Shown here: piece by piece, positions 34,415 through 43,569 of the stretch | Numbering within the stretch: the stretch's first letter is position 1 | Layout of the letters: every line of letters begins with the position of its first letter | Assembly (NCBI GenBank): GCA_045545295.1 | Contig: JAZQAO010000030.1 | Span: forward strand, 606 to 64,605 | Reading direction: 5' to 3' | DNA length: 64,000 bases | Source: Clostridia bacterium | GTDB lineage: Bacteria > Bacillota > Clostridia > UMGS1883 | Translations under genes and position numbers: made by a program | Notes under the pieces: generated by a model | Seen by the model: only the letters and a program-made list of their open reading frames with translations | Databases searched by the model: none | What the model was told of the DNA's origin: nothing

Positions 34415-35218
34415 ATGTATCAACATAATATTAACGTAGCTTTATGCAAAAATACAAACAGAATAAGACTTGACCTTTTGTACTTCGGTCATTCCGTTAT
34501 TGACAGTGAATGGACAGGAAGAATTGTACTGCCGTCATTTTCACGGCTTTACTGTGTTACAAGAGGAACGGCATACATTACAATGAATGGTGTCCGCACG
34601 GAGCTTTTACACGGAAAGTGGTATCTTCTTCCTGCAGGAAGCACATTTGACTATGAATGTGTTGACGAAATGGAACAGCTGAGTTTCCATCTTAAGCTTT
34701 GCGACTTTGCCGAAAGTGACTTGCTTTCAGGCTGTAAGGAGCTTATATGCCTTGACTTTCCGCCTGTGGATTACGAATATTTTAAGAATTGCGCAAAGAG
34801 CAACAATATTCTTGACGGAATGAAACTGCGGAATATCGTTTATGAAATGCTGATAGATGTTATTGAAAAGAACAATATTAACATATACAGGGAAAACTAC
34901 TCCCCCTGTCTTTACGCTGCTCTTAATTATATAAAACAGCATCTTGGTATGAATCTTACAATTACTGAAATTGCGGAAAACACTTTTGTTTCAAAAAGTA
35001 CAATTACAAAGCATTTTCGAAACGAGCTTGGCATATCTGTCAACGAATATATAACAAGCAGAATTATGTCCGAGGCGGAGGTTATGCTTATTACCACTAA
35101 CAAATCAATTCTTGACATAAGTGAAAAATTCGGTTTTTCAGACCAGTTCTATTTTTCAAGAAGATTCAAGGAAATTTTCGGTGTTTCTCCAAGAAGCTAC
35201 AGAAATATGACAATTTGA
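34415..35218 (+). CDS. AraC-family transcriptional regulator (second copy)
   Basis: ITEIAENTFVSKSTITKHFRNELGISVNEYITSRIMSEAEVMLITTNKSILDISEKFGFSDQFYFSRRFKEIFGVSPRSYR. It starts 2 nt after the GH95-like stop. Confidence 0.85.
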   Translation: MYQHNINVALCKNTNRIRLDLLYFGHSVIDSEWTGRIVLPSFSRLYCVTRGTAYITMNGVRTELLHGKWYLLPAGSTFDYECVDEMEQLSFHLKLCDFAESDLLSGCKELICLDFPPVDYEYFKNCAKSNNILDGMKLRNIVYEMLIDVIEKNNINIYRENYSPCLYAALNYIKQHLGMNLTITEIAENTFVSKSTITKHFRNELGISVNEYITSRIMSEAEVMLITTNKSILDISEKFGFSDQFYFSRRFKEIFGVSPRSYRNMTI

Positions 35219-35232
35219 TATATTCAAAAAAA

Positions 35233-35266
35233 CACAGTGTGAAAAAAATTTCACACTGTGTTTTTT
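35233..35266 (+). terminator. Intrinsic terminator of the araC-GH95like-araC operon
   Basis: CACAGTGTGAAA / TTTCACACTGTG 12-bp stem followed by T6. Confidence 0.85.
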
Positions 35267-35360
35267 ACCGTATAGGAATTTGCATCAAATTATGACGCAG
35301 GAAACTATGTTTACACTCCTGTAAGGGGGCGACACGGGTGAAGCGGCACGCTTCCTTTTT
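35267..35360 (+). repeat. Terminator-adjacent repeat, copy 4 (core type B, somewhat degenerate)
   Basis: ACCGTATAGGAATTTGCATCAAATTATGACGCAGGAAACTATGTTTACACTCCTGTAAGGGGGCGACACGGGTGAAGCGGCACGCTTCCTTTTT. It begins immediately after the T6 of the preceding terminator. Confidence 0.9.
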
Positions 35361-36081
35361 ATTTATTGTACTTTTCTGCAAATTCTATAAGCGGTGTAAA
35401 GTCTTCAAGTCCGTGGGGGTGATGACCGCAGTTTTCTTTTCCGACAACTGTAATATTTCCGCCGTTTTCACGGTAGTATTTTTCGAGGATTGCCCCGTTT
35501 TCGTCATAGGGAACAACATCGTCACTGTCACCGTATACCATCATAACGGGTATGTTATTTTCAAGAAGAAGGTGCATTTTGTCAATGGGATGCTCTCTGT
35601 AACAAATAAGCACGGGAAGGTCCATACCCATTGCATCTTTAAATTCTTCCCACATGCTGTCTGTTCCCTTACCAAGACCTGCAGGACAGGAAAGGTAATT
35701 CATAACAGGGGCATCAAGATAAAGTGCTGAAACCTTTTCGGGGTATTTTGCCGCAAACTTGCTTCCGATAAGACCGCCGCAGCTCATTCCCACGGGAATA
35801 CACTTTTCATAAAGCCCGTATTCCTTTGAAAGAAAATCCGCAAAGCGTTTCTTTACATCAATATCCTCTTCTTTGCACCAGCGGGTGATATTTTTTATAT
35901 AAGCAAGGTGCCAACCGCGACGTACCATTTCTGCCTCGTAATCTACAAATGCGTGAAAATACTCTGTCTTAAAAAGCCAGTTTCTATTTTCATTGGGGGT
36001 ATCGGGAAAAACAAGGATAGCTTCTCTCCCCTCAAACATAAAATCAATTCTTCTGAAACTATTCCATAATGATTCTGTCAT
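35359..36081 (-). CDS. Alpha/beta-hydrolase esterase
   Basis: Nucleophile elbow GMSCGG, AKYPEKVSALYLDAPVMN and C-terminal GHHPHGLED. The likely start is ATG 36081 (MTESLWNSFRRIDF..., GGGGAG RBS) rather than the track TTG at 36165. The stop codon lies in the T-tract of repeat copy 4. Confidence 0.7.
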   Translation of the reverse strand: MTESLWNSFRRIDFMFEGREAILVFPDTPNENRNWLFKTEYFHAFVDYEAEMVRRGWHLAYIKNITRWCKEEDIDVKKRFADFLSKEYGLYEKCIPVGMSCGGLIGSKFAAKYPEKVSALYLDAPVMNYLSCPAGLGKGTDSMWEEFKDAMGMDLPVLICYREHPIDKMHLLLENNIPVMMVYGDSDDVVPYDENGAILEKYYRENGGNITVVGKENCGHHPHGLEDFTPLIEFAEKYNK

Positions 36082-36376
36082 ATCAAAGACACTCCCCAAC
36101 TTAATATTTATGAAAGCATTGTTCATTTCAGAAAAGATTATAGCATTGTTAAACACATTTGTCAACGATACAAAGCATTCCTTTCACAGTTCAGTTTTAG
36201 AGCAACAATATATTTTCCCTATACATTACCAAACGACCGCTTATCAAAGCCTGCAGCAATTTTCTCACTGCGTTTTCCTGCACGGACAATACGTTATGTG
36301 TTATCCGCTATCCGCTGAATAATCTCGAAAAATTCTTTCTGAATTTCAAAAGTACAAATGAATGAGATTCTTTTTT

Positions 36377-36472
36377 ATCGTATAGGCAATTGCGTTTTTT
36401 ATCGCGAGCAATATTTGTGGGTTTTAAGTTAAGTTTGGACGCGACGTGGGTGAAGCGGCACGCTTCTTTTTT
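36377..36472 (+). repeat. Terminator-adjacent repeat, copy 5 (unique core)
   Basis: ATCGTATAGGCAATTGCGTTTTTTATCGCGAGCAATATTTGTGGGTTTTAAGTTAAGTTTGGACGCGACGTGGGTGAAGCGGCACGCTTCTTTTTT. The family termini are conserved but the core is unrelated in sequence. It is preceded by T6 (36371-36376). Confidence 0.85.
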
Positions 36473-36480
36473 ATTTTACC

Positions 36481-36993
36481 CTAACTGCTGACAAAGAGTC
36501 CTAATAAATCTGAACAATCAGAATATTGTGTCATTTTGTAGTCCCCCACGTCTACTACAGCTTTGGGCATATTTGTTTTCTGCCAGAGTTGAGGGTCAAA
36601 GCTGTCCTGTTTGTATCTGGATGTAAATATTTTTGCACTGCCTTCACTGCCAAAAAGAACAACCTTCTTGTTATAAGTTGCAACACCTTCAACAGTAACA
36701 GGGCGTGATACTCCCGTGTACACATCAAGAGAAATCCTGAAGAAGAAATTAAGGTCAACAGTGTAATAACCTCTGTTAAACGGCATTTTTTCAACATCGC
36801 TGAACACCCATATTACTTCTGATTTGCGGCATTTCACATCTACTGCACGGTCAAGTATTTCCTGACCTGTTTCTGTTAAGTACACGCGCATACATTCAAT
36901 ACATTCCTTACTGCGGCAGGAATCGTAGATTTTATCTGTCTGTATACAAACCTTTTCCTTACAACCAAAGGAACCGGTAAGCTTTTCTTCCAT
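36481..36993 (-). CDS. Hypothetical Cys-rich 170-aa protein
   Basis: Strong AAGGAGG RBS before ATG 36993 (MEEKLTGSFGCKEKVCIQTDKIYDSCRSKECIECMRVYL...). The Cys pattern is C-x4-C-x10-C-x4-C-x2-C. No signal peptide and no family I can name. Confidence 0.7.
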   Translation of the reverse strand: MEEKLTGSFGCKEKVCIQTDKIYDSCRSKECIECMRVYLTETGQEILDRAVDVKCRKSEVIWVFSDVEKMPFNRGYYTVDLNFFFRISLDVYTGVSRPVTVEGVATYNKKVVLFGSEGSAKIFTSRYKQDSFDPQLWQKTNMPKAVVDVGDYKMTQYSDCSDLLGLFVSS

Positions 36994-37081
36994 AAAAAAT
37001 CCTCCTTTATACAATATAAGCGGCTTTGTGCCTACTACATTGTATGAAGGAGGTTTGGTTTTGGACACAATTTAATAAAGT

Positions 37082-38197
37082 TTATCCCCAGTAAGAATTC
37101 CAATCAGGATTCTTAAGTCGCATAAGTGCTTCCATAAAGTAATAGTCACCCCAGATATTGCACTCATCCACGCCGTTATTATGCGGTATTGAATAAACTG
37201 CGTGCTTGAGAATTCCGTTGCTGTTCAAAACGTCTTCAGTAAGGCAGTTTTCGGTAAGCGCACAAAGCATTTCTTCCGCTTTTTCCACAAATTCCTTGGG
37301 AATATCTGCGTTTCTTGCCATCTCTAAAATCCCGCAGGCAACAATCGGTGCACTTGAAGTATCTTTCTGCGTTTCTTTATCCGTAAAAATCAAATCCCAC
37401 GCAGGAATACTGTCCTCGGGTAGTCTGTCAAGAAACACCTTTGTCACTTTACAGAATTTATCAATAAGACTTTCGTCTTTCGTATATTTATACGCTATTG
37501 CAAGTCCGTACACGCCCCACGCCTGACCCCTTGCCCATATAGAATCATCGGAATATCCCTGATGGGTTACACCGTAGAGAGGCTGACCGTTTTGGGTATC
37601 AAAATAGAAGGTGTGATGTGTTGTATAGTCATCACGCAGAATTACGCTCATTGTAGTTTTAAGGTGTGCCATTGCAATGCGGTGGTAATTTTCTTCCCCT
37701 GTTACTTCATACGCCCAGAAAAGAAGGGGAATATTAAGCATACAGTCAATAATAAGGCGGTAGCTTTCCTTTGCGCCAAGTTCACCCCACGCCTGAATAA
37801 ACTGACCAACTTCCTGAAAACGTCCGCAAAGATGGTCTGCTGCCATTAAAGCCGCTTTCTTTCCCGTTTCATTTCTCAGAAGCTTGTATGCCGCAACGCA
37901 GGATGGTGAATACAAAAATCCCATATCATGATGGTCAACTTCCACTTTCTTTATAATTCTGTCAAGGAAATCGTACACATCCCAGAGTGCTTCTTCCTTA
38001 TATTTTTCATCGCCTGTAAGTTCATAGGCAAGCCACAGCATACCTGTCCAGAAGCCGTTTGTCCAACCGTTGTTGGGCTTTCTTGGGTAAATGTTATTTA
38101 CACTTGCCGCATCGGGATATGCGTGGGAAAGGGTTTTAAGTCCTTCATCAACAATTTTAAGGGAGTATTCTAATGCTTTTTCTCTGTATGTATTCAT
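37082..38197 (-). CDS. GH88 unsaturated glucuronyl/galacturonyl hydrolase
   Basis: NNGWTNGFWTGMLWLAYELTGDEKY, ARGQAWGVYGLAIAYKYT and an (alpha/alpha)6-type sequence. No signal peptide. Confidence 0.8.
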   Translation of the reverse strand: MNTYREKALEYSLKIVDEGLKTLSHAYPDAASVNNIYPRKPNNGWTNGFWTGMLWLAYELTGDEKYKEEALWDVYDFLDRIIKKVEVDHHDMGFLYSPSCVAAYKLLRNETGKKAALMAADHLCGRFQEVGQFIQAWGELGAKESYRLIIDCMLNIPLLFWAYEVTGEENYHRIAMAHLKTTMSVILRDDYTTHHTFYFDTQNGQPLYGVTHQGYSDDSIWARGQAWGVYGLAIAYKYTKDESLIDKFCKVTKVFLDRLPEDSIPAWDLIFTDKETQKDTSSAPIVACGILEMARNADIPKEFVEKAEEMLCALTENCLTEDVLNSNGILKHAVYSIPHNNGVDECNIWGDYYFMEALMRLKNPDWNSYWG

Positions 38198-38209
38198 ATT
38201 ATCACCTTA

Positions 38210-39433
38210 TCAAAATTCACGTTCTTCAATTATTTTCTTTATTTTCTGAGGATCTTTTTCTTCAAGGAATTTATATTCTTTTCCTGAAGGTTTTTTACCG
38301 TTCTTTTTGCAAAGCTTTTTAAGAGGCTCCACAGGAGTGATTGCAAGTGTTACCTCTCCGTCATCTGTTGTAACTGTTGAAATTATGTACTTATCATCAG
38401 TTGTAAATGAGGGATGCGGGTCAAGATGATACACTCCTCCTCTGTCAACAATAGGGTACTTAAGTCCGGAGAATATATCAATTTCCTTGTTTTCTTCCCT
38501 GTCGTAGAAAAGGATTTTACAGGGAGCATCCTTCCAGAGGTAAGGAGTGTGGTCACCGCACCAATACTTTCTGTCATAGGTTGTATGACTATGGCAAATC
38601 GGTCTTTGCCATACGTGTGTCGCCGTTCTTGTTTCAAGGTCACATTCATACGAACCGAAGGAATAATCTGACCAGCAAAGCGTGCCGTCCTTTGCCCAGA
38701 AATCATGAGCCGGTGCAAAACCGCTGTAATAATACCAAGCATCAGGGTAAAGTGCCTCAAACCATGTTCCCCATGTGTCAACAAGCCACATTCTGTTTTT
38801 TATGCCCATATACTCTCCGCTTTTACTGTCACGCCACCAGTCCTGGTCGAGAAGGAAAAGATTCGGGTCTTTGGGCGAAAACTGTGCATGATTGTAACAT
38901 CTTCCCGATGTATCAAGAATTGTTACCTTTCCCGTTTCCAAATCTCCGTAACCGATATACCATGTTTCGGCAATCTGCATATCAAGAGCTACCTTTTTTT
39001 TATCGCAGGAAACACTGGCGTGTGTGAACATTCTTTCCACATATCTGTGATTTACGAATTCCGGGGAAAGAGAGAACATTTTCGTAATCTCACCATCTAC
39101 GGTAATTCTGTACACAGATGAATCTTCTGCAAAAATCACATCATGAGTACCGGGAAAAATCGAATATTGACTACCCCTTGCCGTTCCTGCCCCGGGAAAG
39201 CTTCTTATGAAAGGATTATCCGGATCCATTGAAATTACTGCCAGATGTACGAAGTTTGCAGGAGGATTAAGACACCTTATCCACAAATATTTTCCGTCTT
39301 CGGTAAGTGAACATTCAGAAAAATAAAAGTGCTGATGTACACGTGCAACCTTATGTGTGAGAATATAGCTTTTAACCCCGCTTTCAGGGTCAGCAAATTC
39401 AGAAAAATACGGGTGTTTGTCAAGATTAAGCAT
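38210..39433 (-). CDS. PL22-like oligogalacturonate lyase, cytoplasmic
   Basis: Start moved to ATG 39433 (AAAGGAGGAATTGAT RBS): MLNLDKHPYFSEFADPESGVKSYILTHKVARVHQHFYFSECSLTEDGKYLWI... The C-terminal HLDPHPSFTTDDKYIIST resembles Ogl-family propeller proteins. Confidence 0.65.
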   Translation of the reverse strand: MLNLDKHPYFSEFADPESGVKSYILTHKVARVHQHFYFSECSLTEDGKYLWIRCLNPPANFVHLAVISMDPDNPFIRSFPGAGTARGSQYSIFPGTHDVIFAEDSSVYRITVDGEITKMFSLSPEFVNHRYVERMFTHASVSCDKKKVALDMQIAETWYIGYGDLETGKVTILDTSGRCYNHAQFSPKDPNLFLLDQDWWRDSKSGEYMGIKNRMWLVDTWGTWFEALYPDAWYYYSGFAPAHDFWAKDGTLCWSDYSFGSYECDLETRTATHVWQRPICHSHTTYDRKYWCGDHTPYLWKDAPCKILFYDREENKEIDIFSGLKYPIVDRGGVYHLDPHPSFTTDDKYIISTVTTDDGEVTLAITPVEPLKKLCKKNGKKPSGKEYKFLEEKDPQKIKKIIEEREF

Positions 39434-39548
39434 ATCAATTCCTCCTTTACCCTGTATTATAAAACAGAGTAAAATATATTTCAATATACTTTCAGGTAAA
39501 AAATATATGTTTTTGGACATTTTGCTTTGTAAACTTTCCTCATTATAG

Positions 39549-39577
39549 TGGACAAAATCTTTTTCGCGTAGTATAAT
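39549..39577 (+). promoter_or_regulatory. Candidate sigma-A promoter for the 39619-42480 gene
   Basis: TGGACA (39549-39554), a 17-nt spacer, then TATAAT (39572-39577), about 40 nt upstream of the start codon. Confidence 0.45.
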
Positions 39578-39618
39578 GAAATATATTGGTGAATTATATG
39601 CAAACAAGGAGAATGAAA

Positions 39619-42480
39619 ATGAAAAAATTTATCTTTTCATTCATTTTAATATTGTTATTCCTCTTATCCGTTTCCGCACACGCCGAAGGGGATATTTTCA
39701 GTTACTCCTTTCTTTCTTCCGATGATGAGAAATTCTGGTCAGGTTGTTTTTTTGACCGGTCAGTTTCTTTTGACGACGGCTATTGTGCGTTTATAAATAA
39801 TCCCTTCGGAGAAGTTAAGGATGGTCTTGTGACACACGTAATTGACTACTCGGGTAAGATTTATCTGGAATCCGGTAAGACTTACAAATTAAGCGGTTAT
39901 GTAATGAATCCGCTTAGCGAAAACAACCATAAGACGCACACGGAAGCAAGGCTTGAAAACAGTGCAAACACAATCATTGTAACTGTTTCCGGTGCAAATA
40001 CCGAATGGCAATATTTTTCCACAACTTTTTACGCCGGAAAAACGGGAGAATTCAATCTTTCGCTGCACTTCATGCAGGGTAACGAGGACTTCGGTTTTTT
40101 CATTGACGAGCTATCTCTGAAAGAAGAAAAACACACTCTGTCAAAAATCGGAGTACGCGGCACTGATGAGATTATGATTCCCATAAACACTGTTTCAAAA
40201 ACAAAATTCACCCCATATCTCATTTCTTCAGAAGGCGAAGAAATTTCTATTTTATCAGATGACAGCGTAACATCGTCCTGCAGAGCAGCAGTCGGTATAG
40301 AATATAGCGCAAGGGATTTTATTCTTACTGTGACACCATCTGCAGTTTCGGACTCTACGTTGACTATTGACTTTGCCCTCGAAAACTATTCTGACCTGTC
40401 ACCTACATCTTACACAGTTTCTATTACTGACAATATGATTGATGACTCTTCTTTTGACCTTGAAAATCCTCACTGGACAAGCTCGGCAAAAATCAGTGTC
40501 ATTAAAGACGAAAACGGAGGATATATCAGTATACCTACAAACGATTACGGTGATTACGGTTATTATACTACACTTACCTATAATGACTCCCAACTTCTGA
40601 TAGGCGGAGAGTTGTACGTTCTACGGGCAAAAGTAAGATCTGACTCCAATGTCACAGAGCGTGATATTTATGCAAAAAACACTGCCGTTCTCGAAGGCTC
40701 TGACCTTTTCTTTGAAATCAAAGATGTTCCCGGTGATAAGTGGAAAGAGGTTTTTGCTGCATTCGTTCCCGAAACAAGCGGTATTTACGATATCAGCATA
40801 AATCTGTATTCATTGTACGATGCCAATATATTGGTGGATGATGTGACCCTCTCGGCAGAATCGCTAAGACCTGAATATATAACCCTCCACGCTCCGGGTA
40901 ACATTGCTGTGCCGGACATTATGACAGCATATCCTGTTACGGCATACCTTCGTGACCAGCTTGGAAATATTATTGACGGTGACATAAGCATTTCACTGCA
41001 AAACGGCAACGGCTCGCTGCAGTTTGACTCTGCAGGCGGTTTTCTGTCTATATTTCCTGATACGCTGCAGGGCGAATATTTTCTTAAGGCAGTATCTGTA
41101 AGTAATCCGTCTATAAAAGCCGAGCTTTCGTTTACGGTAAGCTTTGACTATATAGGCGACGGAGCTTTTGAAAAAACTGCTCCTAACGAATGGTGGACTG
41201 TTGCATCACCTTTTGACTGTTCTTTCTATCTTCGTAACGACGGTTATTCAAGACGCTCGCTGGTAAACTCAGACGGACCATATTTTATACTGCTGAATAA
41301 TTCATACGTTCATCTTATAAAGGATACTCCCTATGTATTCAGCAGTGAATTCTCCTCTGCAAAGGATTGTACTGTTACACTGTTTATTGAGGATCTTGAT
41401 TCGATAGTTCATCCCCTTGCACAGTTCCGCGTTGCAGCCGGAACAACTCTGGGCGAAAAACTCAGCCCCGAGCTGTTTTTAGCAGAAGAAAGTGTTGTAG
41501 GCAGAATTTTCCTTTATATACAGGCTGATAATGCTGATTCATTTTCAATATATGCAGATAACCTTTCTCTGAAAAAAGCATCTATTCTGTCTGCAAATCT
41601 TCACGCTGTGGGAAATTTCCGCGTTAACGGAACTGCCGAAGCCCGCTTTTCACTTTACAACAGCGTAACCCAGGACGGAGATATCTCCTCGTCAGTTGTT
41701 AACTGGTATATTTCTTCTGCTGAAAACGGACCGTATTCTATGCTGGAGAAATTTGATACAAATATTTATTTTGACACAACCTTTTACAATAAATACGTTT
41801 ATTTTGAGGTTATTCCCGTTTGTCCGGTTACCGGTTTTTCAGGTGAAACGGCAAGATCAGCAGTTTATCATATTACTGCCGAGGAGATTGACGATTCTTC
41901 CGCAAAAGACTTTCTTCGGTTTCCCAAGCTTTCGCCTTATGGCGGTGAAACGGTATTTGAGGATATAAAAGGGCACTGGGCAGAGACATTCATTAATGAG
42001 CTTAAATATAACGAAATCATAGCCGGAAGAACAAACACACGTTTTTCACCAAAAGAATATATGACCCGTGCAGAATTTGCAAAACTTATAGCTAATGCTT
42101 TTTCCGCCGAAAGTGTCACCGATATTTCTCAGTTCAGTGACATATCTAAATCCGACTGGTTTTACAAAGAGGTGTGCGCACTCTCTCAACTAGGTATAAT
42201 AAACGGTATATCCCACGACAAATTCGCACCCAAAAAGAACATTACGCGTCAGGAAGCTATTGTAATTATTATGCGCATATATGAAAATTTCTTTAATATA
42301 ACTGCGAGAAAAGAGCTTCCCTTCAATGATGTCAATGATATATCCTCCTATGCTGAAGAATATGTCCAAGCGGCTTATGAGCTTGGAATTGTAGAAGGTA
42401 ATCACGAAGGAAATCTTATGCCTAAAAATAAAATTACCCGTGCAGAAGCAGTAGCACTTGTATACAGATTGATTAAATAA
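39619..42480 (+). CDS. Giant secreted surface protein with beta-sandwich (CBM-like) repeats and three C-terminal SLH repeats
   Basis: MKKFIFSFILILLFLLSVSAHA signal peptide. The in-frame ATGs at 39613 and 39619 both follow an AAGGAGA RBS. C-terminal SLH repeats: FEDIKGHWAETFINELKYNEIIAG..., FSDISKSDWFYKEVCALSQLGIINGI... and FNDVNDISSYAEEYVQAAYELGIVEG... Confidence 0.8.
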   Translation: MKKFIFSFILILLFLLSVSAHAEGDIFSYSFLSSDDEKFWSGCFFDRSVSFDDGYCAFINNPFGEVKDGLVTHVIDYSGKIYLESGKTYKLSGYVMNPLSENNHKTHTEARLENSANTIIVTVSGANTEWQYFSTTFYAGKTGEFNLSLHFMQGNEDFGFFIDELSLKEEKHTLSKIGVRGTDEIMIPINTVSKTKFTPYLISSEGEEISILSDDSVTSSCRAAVGIEYSARDFILTVTPSAVSDSTLTIDFALENYSDLSPTSYTVSITDNMIDDSSFDLENPHWTSSAKISVIKDENGGYISIPTNDYGDYGYYTTLTYNDSQLLIGGELYVLRAKVRSDSNVTERDIYAKNTAVLEGSDLFFEIKDVPGDKWKEVFAAFVPETSGIYDISINLYSLYDANILVDDVTLSAESLRPEYITLHAPGNIAVPDIMTAYPVTAYLRDQLGNIIDGDISISLQNGNGSLQFDSAGGFLSIFPDTLQGEYFLKAVSVSNPSIKAELSFTVSFDYIGDGAFEKTAPNEWWTVASPFDCSFYLRNDGYSRRSLVNSDGPYFILLNNSYVHLIKDTPYVFSSEFSSAKDCTVTLFIEDLDSIVHPLAQFRVAAGTTLGEKLSPELFLAEESVVGRIFLYIQADNADSFSIYADNLSLKKASILSANLHAVGNFRVNGTAEARFSLYNSVTQDGDISSSVVNWYISSAENGPYSMLEKFDTNIYFDTTFYNKYVYFEVIPVCPVTGFSGETARSAVYHITAEEIDDSSAKDFLRFPKLSPYGGETVFEDIKGHWAETFINELKYNEIIAGRTNTRFSPKEYMTRAEFAKLIANAFSAESVTDISQFSDISKSDWFYKEVCALSQLGIINGISHDKFAPKKNITRQEAIVIIMRIYENFFNITARKELPFNDVNDISSYAEEYVQAAYELGIVEGNHEGNLMPKNKITRAEAVALVYRLIK

Positions 42481-42481
42481 A

Positions 42482-42518
42482 ATGGGATGTAAAGAAATCG
42501 AATTTCTTTACACCCCAT
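42482..42518. terminator. Bidirectional intrinsic terminator between convergent genes
   Basis: A 17-bp stem with one mismatch, ATGGGATGTAAAGAAAT / ATTTCTTTACACCCCAT, with a 3-nt loop. It is flanked by A/T-rich runs on both sides. Confidence 0.75.
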
Positions 42519-42519
42519 T

Positions 42520-43425
42520 TCATTTTTCAAAATAATACTTAATTGACTCGTAGTTTTCTTCCATAATATCAAGATAGGTTTTTCCCAGTCTGAGTTCCTC
42601 TTGTGTTACCGAGTGGCACGAGTGAAGAAGTCTCTTCTCTGCTCCTGTGTTCTCACAAACAGCATCCGGGAGTTTTCCGTTTGAAGTTTCGGTGTAAAAA
42701 ATAACTTTTACATTTTCATTTTCAACCGTTTCCATAAGTTTTGTTACAGAAGCTGCACTGGGTTCACTTTCTTCTGAACATCCAGGAAATGCTGCAAAGT
42801 ATTGTAAAGAATAGTCCTTTGTAAAATATTCAAACGGAAATCTGTCGGCAAATACCAGCGTTTTTTCCGAGTTTGCTGTCAGGTCGTTAAATTTTTTGTC
42901 AAGGTCGTCCATTCGCTTTATATATTCATCGGCATTCTTTTGGTAGTAGTTGCTGTTTTCATTGTCAATTTCAGAAAGATGATTCGCGATTGATTTTACA
43001 ATTTTTTTTGAATTTTTTATAGACGTCCAGATATGCTGATCATATTCAAAAAAGCTGTGCCCTTCGTGGAAATGCTCTGTAAGTGTAACCTCATCCATAG
43101 CAGAAAACACTTTGTCCCCGGAAAGATTCTCCGTCACTCCCTCTGCCCAGGGCTCCGCATCTTTTCCAAGCATAACAAAAAATTCACTTTCCTGTACAGA
43201 AATTACATCCTGAACTGTTGGCTCGTACGAATGAGCATCCGCGCCGCACGGTAAAAGCAAATCTACATCCGCCTTATCTCCGGCTACTGCACGTACGAAG
43301 TCATACAATGGGAAAATAGTGGCAACAATCTGTATTTTATTATTTGTAACAACCTTCTGCTCTTTACATCCGAAAAAGGATGTAACCAAAATCATCGCCA
43401 TAACCACAGTTAAAAGTTTTTTCAT
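42520..43425 (-). CDS. Metal (Zn/Mn) ABC-transporter substrate-binding lipoprotein, ZnuA/TroA family
   Basis: Lipobox TSFFGC. IVATIFPLYDFVRAVAGDKADVDLLLPCGADAHSYEPTVQDV. His-rich patch HFHEGHSFFEYDQH. Confidence 0.8.
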   Translation of the reverse strand: MKKLLTVVMAMILVTSFFGCKEQKVVTNNKIQIVATIFPLYDFVRAVAGDKADVDLLLPCGADAHSYEPTVQDVISVQESEFFVMLGKDAEPWAEGVTENLSGDKVFSAMDEVTLTEHFHEGHSFFEYDQHIWTSIKNSKKIVKSIANHLSEIDNENSNYYQKNADEYIKRMDDLDKKFNDLTANSEKTLVFADRFPFEYFTKDYSLQYFAAFPGCSEESEPSAASVTKLMETVENENVKVIFYTETSNGKLPDAVCENTGAEKRLLHSCHSVTQEELRLGKTYLDIMEENYESIKYYFEK

Positions 43426-43441
43426 AGATATACCCCGAATT

Positions 43442-43456
43442 TGATAATCATTCTCA
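43442..43456. promoter_or_regulatory. Fur-family (Zur/Fur-type) operator box
   Basis: TGATAATCATTCTCA against the 7-1-7 consensus TGATAATNATTATCA (one mismatch). It lies 17 nt upstream of the binding-protein start, in the divergent intergenic region. Confidence 0.5.
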
Positions 43457-43504
43457 TATTTGCAGAAATTATTGTACTATCTCAATCTAATTTTGTCAAG
43501 AATA

Positions 43505-43533
43505 TTGACTAAAATAGGTAAAAGAATTATAAT
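43505..43533 (+). promoter_or_regulatory. Candidate sigma-A promoter of the COG0523 operon
   Basis: TTGACT, a 17-nt spacer, then TATAAT, 36 nt upstream of ATG 43570. Confidence 0.5.
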
Positions 43534-43569
43534 GTTATAAGTAGATTTTTTTGAAAGGAAGTCTTTTAA

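Noticed and set aside
35993-36322. A 109-aa plus-strand ORF in the esterase upstream region
   Set aside because: It has no RBS and overlaps the esterase 5' end. Its composition looks like non-coding AT-rich leader sequence.
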